A DNA stretch of 12,298 bases from Candidatus Micrarchaeota archaeon (GCA_043803815.1 JAZDJR010000011.1:1-12298), one strand, 5' to 3'. Counted from the first letter of the stretch, positions 1 through 8,511 are shown. Program-made: numbers and translations. Notes: generated by a model not told the origin, from the letters alone.

Positions 1-3000
1 CAAACCGATTTCTTTTTTGAGGGTTGCAATGACGCGCGAATCCTCGATTCCTTCGCGCAAGGACTCCAATGCCAGAGAAGAGTACACTTCGGATTTCCAG
101 GAAGGCACAATCAATTCAAAATTTTCATAGCTGCGCTGATAAGGGTCCGCGCCAAGGGAATAACTCCAATAGGCCTCCTGGTCATCGTAGGGCTCCCAAC
201 CCCAATCCCCGTACGCATACACAAAAACGTTTTTGGCGTCCAAAGCCGAGGCATAAATGCCGTTATAAAAACGATTGTTCAAAACAACCGGCTGGTTGGC
301 CGGAAAGGTCGTATAATACGAAAAATCGTCTCCGGCAGCACGCGTTTTTTCGAGTTCGCTTTCCGTCGCATGATACAACAGGTATGCGCGGTTGTCCAAA
401 TATTGGTCCATGGGTCCCAAATTGCCCGCGGCATCGGGAGAATGAGTGTATGACCAGTTCGGACTGAGGGCGATGGTCCAGTTCCGGTTGCGCCAGAAAT
501 CCTCCCAAAAATAAACCTGCAGGTTTTCGTCGGAAGACCATCCGTTCGCAACTTCAAAGCGCACTTCGTTGGCTTGGCCGGGAACCAGGTACTGCGCGAG
601 GTCCACATGGAAGGACTGGTACGCATAATCCAACGCGGTTTTTTCCCAAACTGGTTGGTTGTTTACAAGCACGCGCTTGATGGTGTCAAAGCCTTCTGTT
701 TTCGGGTTCCGGTCATCCAAAGAAAAGGAAAGGGTGCTCGGAACAGGCTCTCCCGGCTGAATGGTCGTGGACATGGAAAAAACCTGATTCGGATTCAAGT
801 TGGAAGATTGCTGGGCGATTTGCGCGAGTTCGGCGCCGGAAAACGCCCGATTGAAAATCATGACATCGTCCATTTGCCCATTGAAGTTGCCGACATACAG
901 GTAGTTCGTAACAGGAACCAAATTCCCCTGATTCGATTGGGGATAATTTTCGGTCGGATAAATATTTCCGTTAATAAAAAGCAATCCGCCTTTTTGCGCA
1001 TCGTACGTCCAGATGATATTGTACCATTGGTCGAGATTGGTAATCGCGGGGCTCATTCCGGAAACACCCTGCCAAATTTCCCCCGCCGCACCGTACATGC
1101 GAACCTTGTGTATGACGGCGGGGTCGCTGCCTTCAACGCCGTCTCCAAAAAAATACAGGACGTAATCCGCCTGGTGCTGGTAATCGGACCAAATCACTTT
1201 TTCCACGATGTGACTGGCGTAACCGGTGTTGAATTCGGTTGGATTGAACCACAAATAAATGGTTCCCTGCGTGGAAAGATTCAGGGAATCGTTGTGCGCA
1301 ACGGCCATTTGCGCGTTCTCCGAGGGCGTGTACAGAAAACCATTTTGAACCAATGCTCCGCCCTGCGGAGAACCATGATTGCCATAACCGGATTTGTCCA
1401 AAAAGTCGCCTTCAAAATCCCAAAAAGCGCGCAAACTGGAATCTTGGCTCAACCAGTCAGGCCGCGTTTTGGAATACTCCGCTAAAGAATCATGGAACGC
1501 CAGTTCGTAGCCGGCGAGCGGAATTTCACAGCTTGTGAAATAGGTCACCCAAGTCCGAAGACCCGCGCGCTTTGCAACCCGATTCAACAAATTGGATTCG
1601 CGACGCGCATCCACACGGACACCCGGTTCATCGATGAAAGTGACAATCGGCACGGTACTATAATTGGAAACAAAAAACTGTTTGTATTCCGAGAGAATCT
1701 GGCTGTAAACGGTTTCGAATTGGGGGCATGGTTCTTGGGCAAAATTCGAGTTGTTGCACGCGTTGAACCAAACCGTTCTTGCGTTATCCGTAACGGTAAC
1801 CGCCAATTCGGAAGGCATTAATCCCATCGCCCGCATGTGGTCCAGTTCCGTTAGATTGCCATACGCATTCCAATCAAATGTATGCACGGAACAACCCGAA
1901 TTTGGACTGCAGTTAACCGTTGGGCCAAAATAAACAATGGGCGGAATGCCATGGTCTGCCATGTTCTGCAGGGCCACGGTACGCGGCTCGGAAAACGCTT
2001 TTTCCGAAAGAAAAGGGGAATGCCACAAATGCGAGGCAACATCCGGGTTCTCGAGCGAAACGGAATACACCTGAACCGACAAGGGCACTTCAATCATCAA
2101 AACGCCTTCCGCTGCAACGCGAACGCTTCCCACATAGGTTCCGGCAGGTGTTCCCTCCGGAACCTTGATGGTGAGCCAGAATTGCTGTGTGGAATGCATC
2201 GGAATGGTTGCGGTCGTAAAGCGCTCCAAATACCAGGGATTAGTTCCATAATACGGGTCAAAGCTCCAATACCATCGCTTGTCAATGCTTGCCACCTGTT
2301 CCACGCGAATATTCGAAGCGGGAATCAAGTGGCCGCCTTGCGTCAAATCGGTTGGAATAACGGTGAGATTTTGCACGGTTTCAAAGGCAAAAACCGAAAA
2401 CGAAACCGGTTCGTCCTGTCCAGCCACTTCGAACGCGGAAAGGTTCGGAATGGAGGCGATTTCGGATTCAAGCGGAATTGTGTTCGGAAAAATTCGTTCC
2501 AAATAATTGCGGGAAAAAACCGCGAGCTTCCTGCCATTCGCGGAAGGAAGCGGATTGGTTTCCGTAAAATCCCTTCGAACAAGAGTGCGGGTCTGGCGTT
2601 CGGCATCTTGTTCGCTCGCGAAAACGCTGGAAGAAACAAACCGTAGTTTGATGGAATCAATCGGCAATGGATTGTGCGCCGGACCTCCACCAGACTGCGC
2701 GGGGTAATTAATCCGCAATTGGAACTTTCCGCCGATGGAACGCAGCATTTGCCAGTGCGTTGCCCCCAAAAAAACTTTCACGGTTTTCCACTGATTGTCA
2801 TTCAATCCGCCTAGTCCACTCATATCAAAAAATTCGGTGCCGGAGAAACTGAGCAGGTTCTGCAAATGCGGTCTGCAATATGCGTGAGTGGACTGGTATC
2901 CGCTGCAATTGGTCTGGTCCACGGTGTCCTTATACACCACTTCAAGAATCGCGTCTGTATATGGAACCCCGTTGGGCGCGAGCGGTAGAGTGCCCGTATT

Positions 3001-3693
3001 CACAAAAAAATTCAGGTTATTGTTTTCGAGCAGCGTGCGAATTGTCTTCCCATCCAAACTGGAAGGCGCGGAAACCCCGCCGCCTGCCTGCAGGTAAATG
3101 GAATTGACGGGATTTGAGTCACCGCTGTTTCCAACATCCAAAAAGAATTCCTGCAATGGAACTCCCTTTGTGCAGGCGCTTGCATCCAAACCGAAACAAG
3201 TGGAAAGGCAGGACAACGAACCCCCGGAAAAATCACCCGGAACCGTCAAACAGGTTTGGCTGGCCAAATCAGTGCCATCGCACGCTTCGTATCCCTCGCG
3301 AAGATGGTTGCCGCAGGTCGAGCACGCGCCGCAGTCCGCCGGGCAGGAGGAACACGATTCGCCGGAATCGCAATTCCCGTTGCCGCACAACGCGGTAGAA
3401 CCGGGATATGAATTAGGGTCCGTGGGATCGGTTTCTGCCGTATATTCCGCGGCGTTATTGAAACCGTCGCCATCCGGATCGCCGCTTCCATCCTGATTCA
3501 AATTTCCAAAATAGTGGATTTCCCATGCATCCGGCAAGCCGTCGCCGTCTAAGTCATCCACGGGCATTGAAACCGATTTTTGTGCGGTATACATCAAAGC
3601 CAAAAAAACCGCGATAACCAAAACCGCTAACAACACTCCGCCGCCGATAATCAGCAAATACTCCAAAGAACTCTGGCCCTTCTTGGGAATCAT
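1..3693 (-). CDS. Large surface protein (3' end outside window, >=1231 aa): class III signal peptide, DxDxDG repeats, Cys-rich region, GH123/DUF4091-like glycoside hydrolase with LamG-like domain
   Basis: ATG at 3693 with no in-frame stop down to base 1 (hand translation). N-terminus MIPKKGQSSLEYLLIIGGGVLLAVLVIAVFL; DLDGDGLPDAWE and DPDGDGFNNAAEY; CGNGNC..CPADC..CGN..EACDG; QQFWLTIKVPEGTPAGTYVGSV; VTFIDEPG; LamG motifs AFWDFEG, QWYNIIWTYD, LFING, FNGQMDDVMIFNRAF; last in-window segment SSLALESLREGIEDSRVIATLK. Confidence 0.92.
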   Translation of the reverse strand, partial: MIPKKGQSSLEYLLIIGGGVLLAVLVIAVFLALMYTAQKSVSMPVDDLDGDGLPDAWEIHYFGNLNQDGSGDPDGDGFNNAAEYTAETDPTDPNSYPGSTALCGNGNCDSGESCSSCPADCGACSTCGNHLREGYEACDGTDLASQTCLTVPGDFSGGSLSCLSTCFGLDASACTKGVPLQEFFLDVGNSGDSNPVNSIYLQAGGGVSAPSSLDGKTIRTLLENNNLNFFVNTGTLPLAPNGVPYTDAILEVVYKDTVDQTNCSGYQSTHAYCRPHLQNLLSFSGTEFFDMSGLGGLNDNQWKTVKVFLGATHWQMLRSIGGKFQLRINYPAQSGGGPAHNPLPIDSIKLRFVSSSVFASEQDAERQTRTLVRRDFTETNPLPSANGRKLAVFSRNYLERIFPNTIPLESEIASIPNLSAFEVAGQDEPVSFSVFAFETVQNLTVIPTDLTQGGHLIPASNIRVEQVASIDKRWYWSFDPYYGTNPWYLERFTTATIPMHSTQQFWLTIKVPEGTPAGTYVGSVRVAAEGVLMIEVPLSVQVYSVSLENPDVASHLWHSPFLSEKAFSEPRTVALQNMADHGIPPIVYFGPTVNCSPNSGCSVHTFDWNAYGNLTELDHMRAMGLMPSELAVTVTDNARTVWFNACNNSNFAQEPCPQFETVYSQILSEYKQFFVSNYSTVPIVTFIDEPGVRVDARRESNLLNRVAKRAGLRTWVTYFTSCEIPLAGYELAFHDSLAEYSKTRPDWLSQDSSLRAFWDFEGDFLDKSGYGNHGSPQGGALVQNGFLYTPSENAQMAVAHNDSLNLSTQGTIYLWFNPTEFNTGYASHIVEKVIWSDYQHQADYVLYFFGDGVEGSDPAVIHKVRMYGAAGEIWQGVSGMSPAITNLDQWYNIIWTYDAQKGGLLFINGNIYPTENYPQSNQGNLVPVTNYLYVGNFNGQMDDVMIFNRAFSGAELAQIAQQSSNLNPNQVFSMSTTIQPGEPVPSTLSFSLDDRNPKTEGFDTIKRVLVNNQPVWEKTALDYAYQSFHVDLAQYLVPGQANEVRFEVANGWSSDENLQVYFWEDFWRNRNWTIALSPNWSYTHSPDAAGNLGPMDQYLDNRAYLLYHATESELEKTRAAGDDFSYYTTFPANQPVVLNNRFYNGIYASALDAKNVFVYAYGDWGWEPYDDQEAYWSYSLGADPYQRSYENFELIVPSWKSEVYSSLALESLREGIEDSRVIATLKKEIGL

Positions 3694-3716
3694 ATCCAAA
3701 TAAAGCAATTTGAACT

Positions 3717-3724
3717 ATTTTAAA
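3717..3724 (-). promoter_or_regulatory. Putative archaeal TATA box for the large minus-strand gene (probably leaderless)
   Basis: TTTAAAAT on the minus strand 24-31 nt upstream of ATG 3693; no SD visible. Confidence 0.5.
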
Positions 3725-3748
3725 TCATCGAACCCAAAAAAACCATGC

Positions 3749-3756
3749 TTTAAATT
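3749..3756 (+). promoter_or_regulatory. Putative archaeal TATA box for gene 3778 (divergent promoter pair)
   Basis: TTTAAATT about 22-29 nt upstream of ATG 3778, preceded by an A-rich tract. Confidence 0.5.
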
Positions 3757-3777
3757 CTCCAAGCAGGTTCTGTTAGT

Positions 3778-4272
3778 ATGCCCACCCAATCGGAACGTCC
3801 AAACAAACCCGAAAAAAGCGAAGCGCAGAAACGCCGGCAAGAAAAAGCAAGAGGCACCATGCTAAAAAATATAGACGCCCGGCACTATTTTGAAAAACGT
3901 TTTAGGGCCCTGCCTGAAAGCCAGCGAATCCGAATATGGAATGAAATGACCGCGTTTGAAAAAGCGCTGCGCGAAAAATACCAGATACTTTTTCCGCTCA
4001 CTATCCAGCAAACCATCCAGCATCTTCCAACAAAAAGCAAAGAACGGGAAAGGGAATCCAAAAAAGAGCATAAAAGGCGATTCAAGGAACTGAGAGCATT
4101 ATCCCGCCTCACGGTCCAAAAGCACATTTTGTTTGAATTTTTGCCGCCCGGATTCAGAAGACAAGTTGAACAGGAACAAGTCCGCCAGCTGGCCAAAGAA
4201 CTGGCCGAAGCCGAGCAACGGCTCCAGCAAAGGGAGAATTCGCGCGACAAGAGACACCGCACCAGCGAATAA
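3778..4272 (+). CDS. Hypothetical basic, helical/coiled-coil protein (164 aa)
   Basis: Fills the gap between the divergent promoter and gatC; K/R/E/Q-rich; no recognisable motif. Confidence 0.7.
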   Translation: MPTQSERPNKPEKSEAQKRRQEKARGTMLKNIDARHYFEKRFRALPESQRIRIWNEMTAFEKALREKYQILFPLTIQQTIQHLPTKSKERERESKKEHKRRFKELRALSRLTVQKHILFEFLPPGFRRQVEQEQVRQLAKELAEAEQRLQQRENSRDKRHRTSE

Positions 4273-4329
4273 TATCCCAAATCACCAAAAAAAGCCATTT
4301 TTTATTCGTTTTGCCATTCTTTTTGCAGT

Positions 4330-4626
4330 ATGCCATCCATCAAAGTGGACCGCGAATTGTTGTTGGCAGTAGCCAAAAATGCACGCTTAAAACTGACGGA
4401 ATCCGAAATCAAGGCGTTTTTGCCCCAATTCGCGGAAATACTCAAAGCCTTTGAAAAAATCGATTCCGTGGACATCAAGGGAATCGAGCCGGCTTTTCAC
4501 CCGATTCCGCTGCAAAACCGCTGGCGCGAGGATAATGTAAAACCCTCGATTACAAACGAAGAAGCGCTCCAAAACGCGGTCCAAAAAAAACCGCCTTATT
4601 TTAAGGGACCCAAAGCCATCGAATAA
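4330..4626 (+). CDS. gatC: Asp/Glu-tRNA amidotransferase subunit C
   Basis: VAKNARLKL..EI..F..IL..FEKID.VD...IEP..HP....N.WRED.V..S...EEAL.NA......YFKGP pattern; 98 aa, directly upstream of gatA. Confidence 0.93.
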   Translation: MPSIKVDRELLLAVAKNARLKLTESEIKAFLPQFAEILKAFEKIDSVDIKGIEPAFHPIPLQNRWREDNVKPSITNEEALQNAVQKKPPYFKGPKAIE

Positions 4627-4641
4627 AAAAAAGGGAACCGC

Positions 4642-6120
4642 ATGAAAACAAAAACAATTGCAGAATTCCGCGAATCCGTCCTGAACGGTTCAGTTTCAAT
4701 TGTTGAGCGCACGCACCAAATACTTGAAGAAATTAAAAAACAAAACAAAAAATTCCACCACTTCAATTTAATTTCCGAAAAAGAAGCGGTTGAACAGGCT
4801 GAACAGTTGGAAAAGAGAATCAAGCAAGAACAAAAAAAACAAAATCAAGGCGAATTGAAAAATTTATTGCTTTTGGGAGTGCCGCTTTCGGTAAAAGATT
4901 CCATTATCGTCAAAAGCGTTGAATCGCGCGCGGGAAGCGCAATCCTGAACGGATACATTCCCTTGTTTGACGCGACCGCGGTTGCCCGCGCAAAACAGCA
5001 CGGAGCCATCACCCTTGGAAAAACCTCGCAAGACGAATTCGGATTCGGGGCGTACAGCGTAAACGTGGGAAACGGATTCGAAATACCATTAAACCCGCTG
5101 GATGAAAAAAGAAGCACAGGTGGAAGCAGCGGAGGATGCGCAGGATTTACAACGCTCACCCAATTTTCGCACGTTTCTTTGGCGGAAAGCACGGGCGGAA
5201 GCGCGGTCTTTCCAGCCTCCTTATGCGGCTGCGCCAGCATCACGCCAACCTATGGCCGCATCAGCAGAAACGGCTTGATTGATTTTGCGAATTCCTTGGA
5301 CAAGATTTCACCCATGGGAAAAACAATCCACGAAGCCGCGGAACTGCTTGAAGCGGTTGCGGGCTTTGACGAAAATGACAGCACGAGCGCGGAGCAGCCA
5401 ACTGAAAAGTTTTCTTCTTTTGCAGGAAAACCAATCAAGGGAATGAAAATCGGGATTATTTCCGAATTCGAAAAAGAAGGAATCTTACCCCCAGTCCAAA
5501 AAGCCGTTTCTAACGCGGTTTCGGAACTCGAAAAACAAGGCGCGAAAACCCAAAAAATATTTTTGCCTCTCAATTCCGAATACGCGATTCCAACTTATTA
5601 CCTGCTTGCAACCTCGGAAGCCAGCACAAACCTGGCCAAATACTGTGGCATGCGCTACGGAGCCACAGAGCGCCTCGAAGGAAATTTCAACGAATACTTT
5701 TCAAAAGTGCGGAGCAAAAACTTTGGCGAAGAAGCCAAACGCAGGTTGCTATTAGGAACCTTTTGTCGCATGAGCGGTTTCAGGGACGCATACTATTTGC
5801 GCGCACTCAAAGTCCGCCAAAAAATGATTAATGAATTCCAGCAGGCATTCAAAAAAGTGGATATATTGGTCTGCCCCGTTGCCTCCACAATTGCCCCGAC
5901 TTTTGCAGAAATCAAGGAATGGACCCCCCTCCAGCATTATTACGCGGACCGCATGGTAAACCCCCCCAATGTATCCGGCTTGCCGCACGCATCCGTAAAC
6001 GTCGGCGAGCACCAGGGAATGCCGATTGGACTATTGTTGGTTGCGAACCACTGGCAGGAAACCAAACTTGTGCAGGTTGCCAGCGCCGTCGAAAAACCAT
6101 TGCGAGGCGATGCTAAATGA
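4642..6120 (+). CDS. gatA: Asp/Glu-tRNA amidotransferase subunit A (amidase signature family)
   Basis: SVKD (K85), GGSSGG (S162), STGGS (S187), PTYGRISRNGL, EASTNLAKYCGMRYG, FGEEAKRRLLLGTF; lies between gatC and gatB. Confidence 0.95.
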   Translation: MKTKTIAEFRESVLNGSVSIVERTHQILEEIKKQNKKFHHFNLISEKEAVEQAEQLEKRIKQEQKKQNQGELKNLLLLGVPLSVKDSIIVKSVESRAGSAILNGYIPLFDATAVARAKQHGAITLGKTSQDEFGFGAYSVNVGNGFEIPLNPLDEKRSTGGSSGGCAGFTTLTQFSHVSLAESTGGSAVFPASLCGCASITPTYGRISRNGLIDFANSLDKISPMGKTIHEAAELLEAVAGFDENDSTSAEQPTEKFSSFAGKPIKGMKIGIISEFEKEGILPPVQKAVSNAVSELEKQGAKTQKIFLPLNSEYAIPTYYLLATSEASTNLAKYCGMRYGATERLEGNFNEYFSKVRSKNFGEEAKRRLLLGTFCRMSGFRDAYYLRALKVRQKMINEFQQAFKKVDILVCPVASTIAPTFAEIKEWTPLQHYYADRMVNPPNVSGLPHASVNVGEHQGMPIGLLLVANHWQETKLVQVASAVEKPLRGDAK

Positions 6121-6914
6121 AGCTTTCGCACGAACTAAAAACAGCGATTGCGGCAGCCAAGGCTGCGGGCCAAATCCAGATGAAATATTTTGGCACTCCC
6201 CTGCGAAAAAAATTCAAGGAATCTCAGGACCTTGTAACGCACGTGGATTTTGAAGCTGAAACCAAAATCCTTTCCATGCTAAAAAAAGAATTTCCCGAAT
6301 ATGGGGTTTTATCCGAGGAAAAAGGCCGTTTGGAATCCGACTCCGACTACCAGTGGATTATCGACCCGTTGGATGGCACGTTTTATTATTCGCACAATTA
6401 CCCCGCTTTCGGGGTTTTAATCGCCCTGAAAAAAAAGAATTCGATTGAAATGGGGGTGAGTTTCCAGCCAAGCCAGAACATTCTGATGTTTGCCCAAAAA
6501 AACAAGGGAGCGTACCTCAACGGGAAAAAAATGAGGGTTTCCAAACAAAAAACCGAAAACGGCGCCTTGCTTGGATACAGCGATGCCCGCTTTAGCCTGG
6601 ATGCGGCACCAAAACCGTTTAACCAACTGCTCCAGAACTTTTTTTGGAGGACTGGAATACCGGCTTTTCCCGCGTTTTCCTATTTGTCCCAAGGCATTTT
6701 GGACGCGTACCTGTACAATTACATCCATTACAAAAAAAACACGGTTATGCATCCCTGGGACATTGCCGCCCACAAAATCATCGTGGAAGAAGCCGGGGGA
6801 AAATTCTCCAATTACAGGGGAGAAACCGATTTGGACAAAATCCAAAGCGTTGTTGCCGCCAACCCGTACTTACATAAAAAAATAATCAAACTTTTCAGAG
6901 GCGAAACAAAATGA
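6117..6914 (+). CDS. Inositol monophosphatase (FIG superfamily) paralogue 1
   Basis: DLVTHVD, SEE, WIIDPLDGT, PWDIAA, EEAGG motifs. Confidence 0.93.
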   Translation: MKLSHELKTAIAAAKAAGQIQMKYFGTPLRKKFKESQDLVTHVDFEAETKILSMLKKEFPEYGVLSEEKGRLESDSDYQWIIDPLDGTFYYSHNYPAFGVLIALKKKNSIEMGVSFQPSQNILMFAQKNKGAYLNGKKMRVSKQKTENGALLGYSDARFSLDAAPKPFNQLLQNFFWRTGIPAFPAFSYLSQGILDAYLYNYIHYKKNTVMHPWDIAAHKIIVEEAGGKFSNYRGETDLDKIQSVVAANPYLHKKIIKLFRGETK

Positions 6915-7705
6915 AGTTTTCCCACGAACTCGAAACTGCGATTCGCGCCACCAAAGCAGCGGGAAAAATTCAAATGAAATACTTTGGAAAGCCATTGGAA
7001 AAAAAGATGAAGGAAAAAAACGATTTTGCGACCCAAGCGGATTTTGAAAGCGAAAAGGCGATTATCAAAATTTTGCAAAAAGAATTTCCGGATTACGGAA
7101 TCCTTTCGGAAGAAAAAGGCGAAACCAAGGGGAATTCCGATTATCACTGGATTGTGGATCCCTTGGATGGAACGGTTTGCTATTCATACGGATTCCCTTT
7201 CTTTGGGGTTTTGATTGCGCTTGAAAAAAAGCAGAAACTGGAACTCGGCGTGGTGTACCAAACCGTTCAAAACGAGGCATTGGCTGCGCAGCGAAACAAA
7301 GGGTGCTTTCTGAACGGAAAAAAAGTGCAGGTTTCCAAAAGAGCCGAACTCCAAGAAGCATTCCTAGGATACAACGGAATCCGGGACCAGCTCAAAAAAT
7401 ACCCCGAACAGTTCCGCAATCTGCTGAATGCAGCCAATTGGAGAACAGGCGTTCCAAGCCTGCAAGGAACCATTAGTTTGTGCAGCGGGCAACTAGACAT
7501 TTTTTTGCAAAGCACGGGAAAATACAGAATCATGAAGCCATGGGACACCGCCGCCCCAAAAATAACGATTGAAGAAGCAGGCGGGGTTTTTTCCAATTAC
7601 CGCGGAGAAAAAGAGCTCGACAAAATCGATTTCTGGCTGGCAACCAACCAAAAACTGCATTCCAAAGTAATCCAAATATTGAACCCAAAGAAGGAAACCC
7701 CATGA
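6911..7705 (+). CDS. Inositol monophosphatase (FIG superfamily) paralogue 2
   Basis: DFATQAD, SEE, WIVDPLDGT, PWDTAA, EEAGG motifs. Confidence 0.93.
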   Translation: MKFSHELETAIRATKAAGKIQMKYFGKPLEKKMKEKNDFATQADFESEKAIIKILQKEFPDYGILSEEKGETKGNSDYHWIVDPLDGTVCYSYGFPFFGVLIALEKKQKLELGVVYQTVQNEALAAQRNKGCFLNGKKVQVSKRAELQEAFLGYNGIRDQLKKYPEQFRNLLNAANWRTGVPSLQGTISLCSGQLDIFLQSTGKYRIMKPWDTAAPKITIEEAGGVFSNYRGEKELDKIDFWLATNQKLHSKVIQILNPKKETP

Positions 7706-8511
7706 AACTCTCGCACGAACTAAAAACCGCAGTCTTGGCAGCTCGCTTGGCAGGAAAAATCCAGTTAAAGCAACTCGGAAAACCCCTGCAAAAAACAATG
7801 AAAGGGGAAAAAGATTTCGTAACCCAAGTCGATTTGGCCTGCGAAAAGGCAATTTTAGGCGTTCTTCAAAAAGAATTCCCGGATTATGGCATTCTGTCCG
7901 AAGAGAAAGGAACCGTTTCCGCTTCGGGCGATTATCGCTGGGTTGTAGACCCGTTGGACGGGACACTCCGGTATTCGCGGGGCATGGAAGGGTTTGGCGT
8001 GCTCATTGCGCTCCAAAAAAAAGGGGACACCATACTGGCGGTATTGCACCAACCGAACCAATCCAGCCTGTTGGTGGCTGAAAAAGGAAAAGGAGCATTT
8101 CACAATAACCACATGGTTCATGTTTCGGCTCAAAGCAACCTTTCCAAGGCAATCCTTTCCAATGATACGGTTCAATATTTCCTTGACCAGTATCCCGCGG
8201 GCTTCAAAAAAATCTATGACCAAGCCGCTTATCGAATTGCCACCCCTTGGTTAACAGCCATCACCAAAGTGTGCCGCGGCGAACTGGATATATTTTTAGG
8301 TGGATACCAAAAATACAGCCCAGCACAATCTTGGCTCATGAGCGCATGGGATGTTGCCGCGCCAAAATTTCTCATCGAGGAAGCAGGGGGCATTTTTTCA
8401 AATGCAAAAGGGGAAACTACGCTTGAAAAAATGGACTGCGTAGTTGCAAGCAACGGACACCTTCACCCCGCACTAATAAAGATACTGCAAGCCACCGGAG
8501 CAAAAGCATGA
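7702..8511 (+). CDS. Inositol monophosphatase (FIG superfamily) paralogue 3
   Basis: DFVTQVD, SEE, WVVDPLDGT, AWDVAA, EEAGG motifs. Confidence 0.93.
   Translation: MKLSHELKTAVLAARLAGKIQLKQLGKPLQKTMKGEKDFVTQVDLACEKAILGVLQKEFPDYGILSEEKGTVSASGDYRWVVDPLDGTLRYSRGMEGFGVLIALQKKGDTILAVLHQPNQSSLLVAEKGKGAFHNNHMVHVSAQSNLSKAILSNDTVQYFLDQYPAGFKKIYDQAAYRIATPWLTAITKVCRGELDIFLGGYQKYSPAQSWLMSAWDVAAPKFLIEEAGGIFSNAKGETTLEKMDCVVASNGHLHPALIKILQATGAKA

Larger units (their letters stand above)
6117..8511 (+). repeat. Diverged tandem gene triplication, about 0.8 kb period
   Basis: Starts at 6117, 6911 and 7702 read ATGAAGCTTTCGCACGAACTAAAAAC, ATGAAGTTTTCCCACGAACTCGAAAC and ATGAAACTCTCGCACGAACTAAAAAC; the proteins are colinear through the N-terminal half. 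Confidence 0.9.

Noticed and set aside
69-626. ORFs 69-467 (+), 263-541 (-) and 279-626 (-)
   Set aside because: They overlap the DUF4091-like part of the large gene in other frames and have no motifs.
574-2646. Long + strand ORFs 574-1485, 1492-1821 and 1882-2646
   Set aside because: In-register antisense shadows of the minus-strand 3693 gene, which carries all the recognisable motifs.
2880-3496. + strand ORFs 2880-3107, 2888-3097, 3098-3496 and 3114-3398
   Set aside because: Shadows of the minus-strand gene; PSPSGSP is the antisense reading of DGDG repeats.
6117-8511. Triplication as an assembly artefact, or as a DGR template/variable repeat
   Set aside because: Copies are too diverged for misassembly; differences are not adenine-specific and no reverse transcriptase is present in the window.
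6117-8511. Assigning suhB, hisN or cysQ symbols
   Set aside because: Specificity motifs match none of these cleanly, so only the family-level call is supported.
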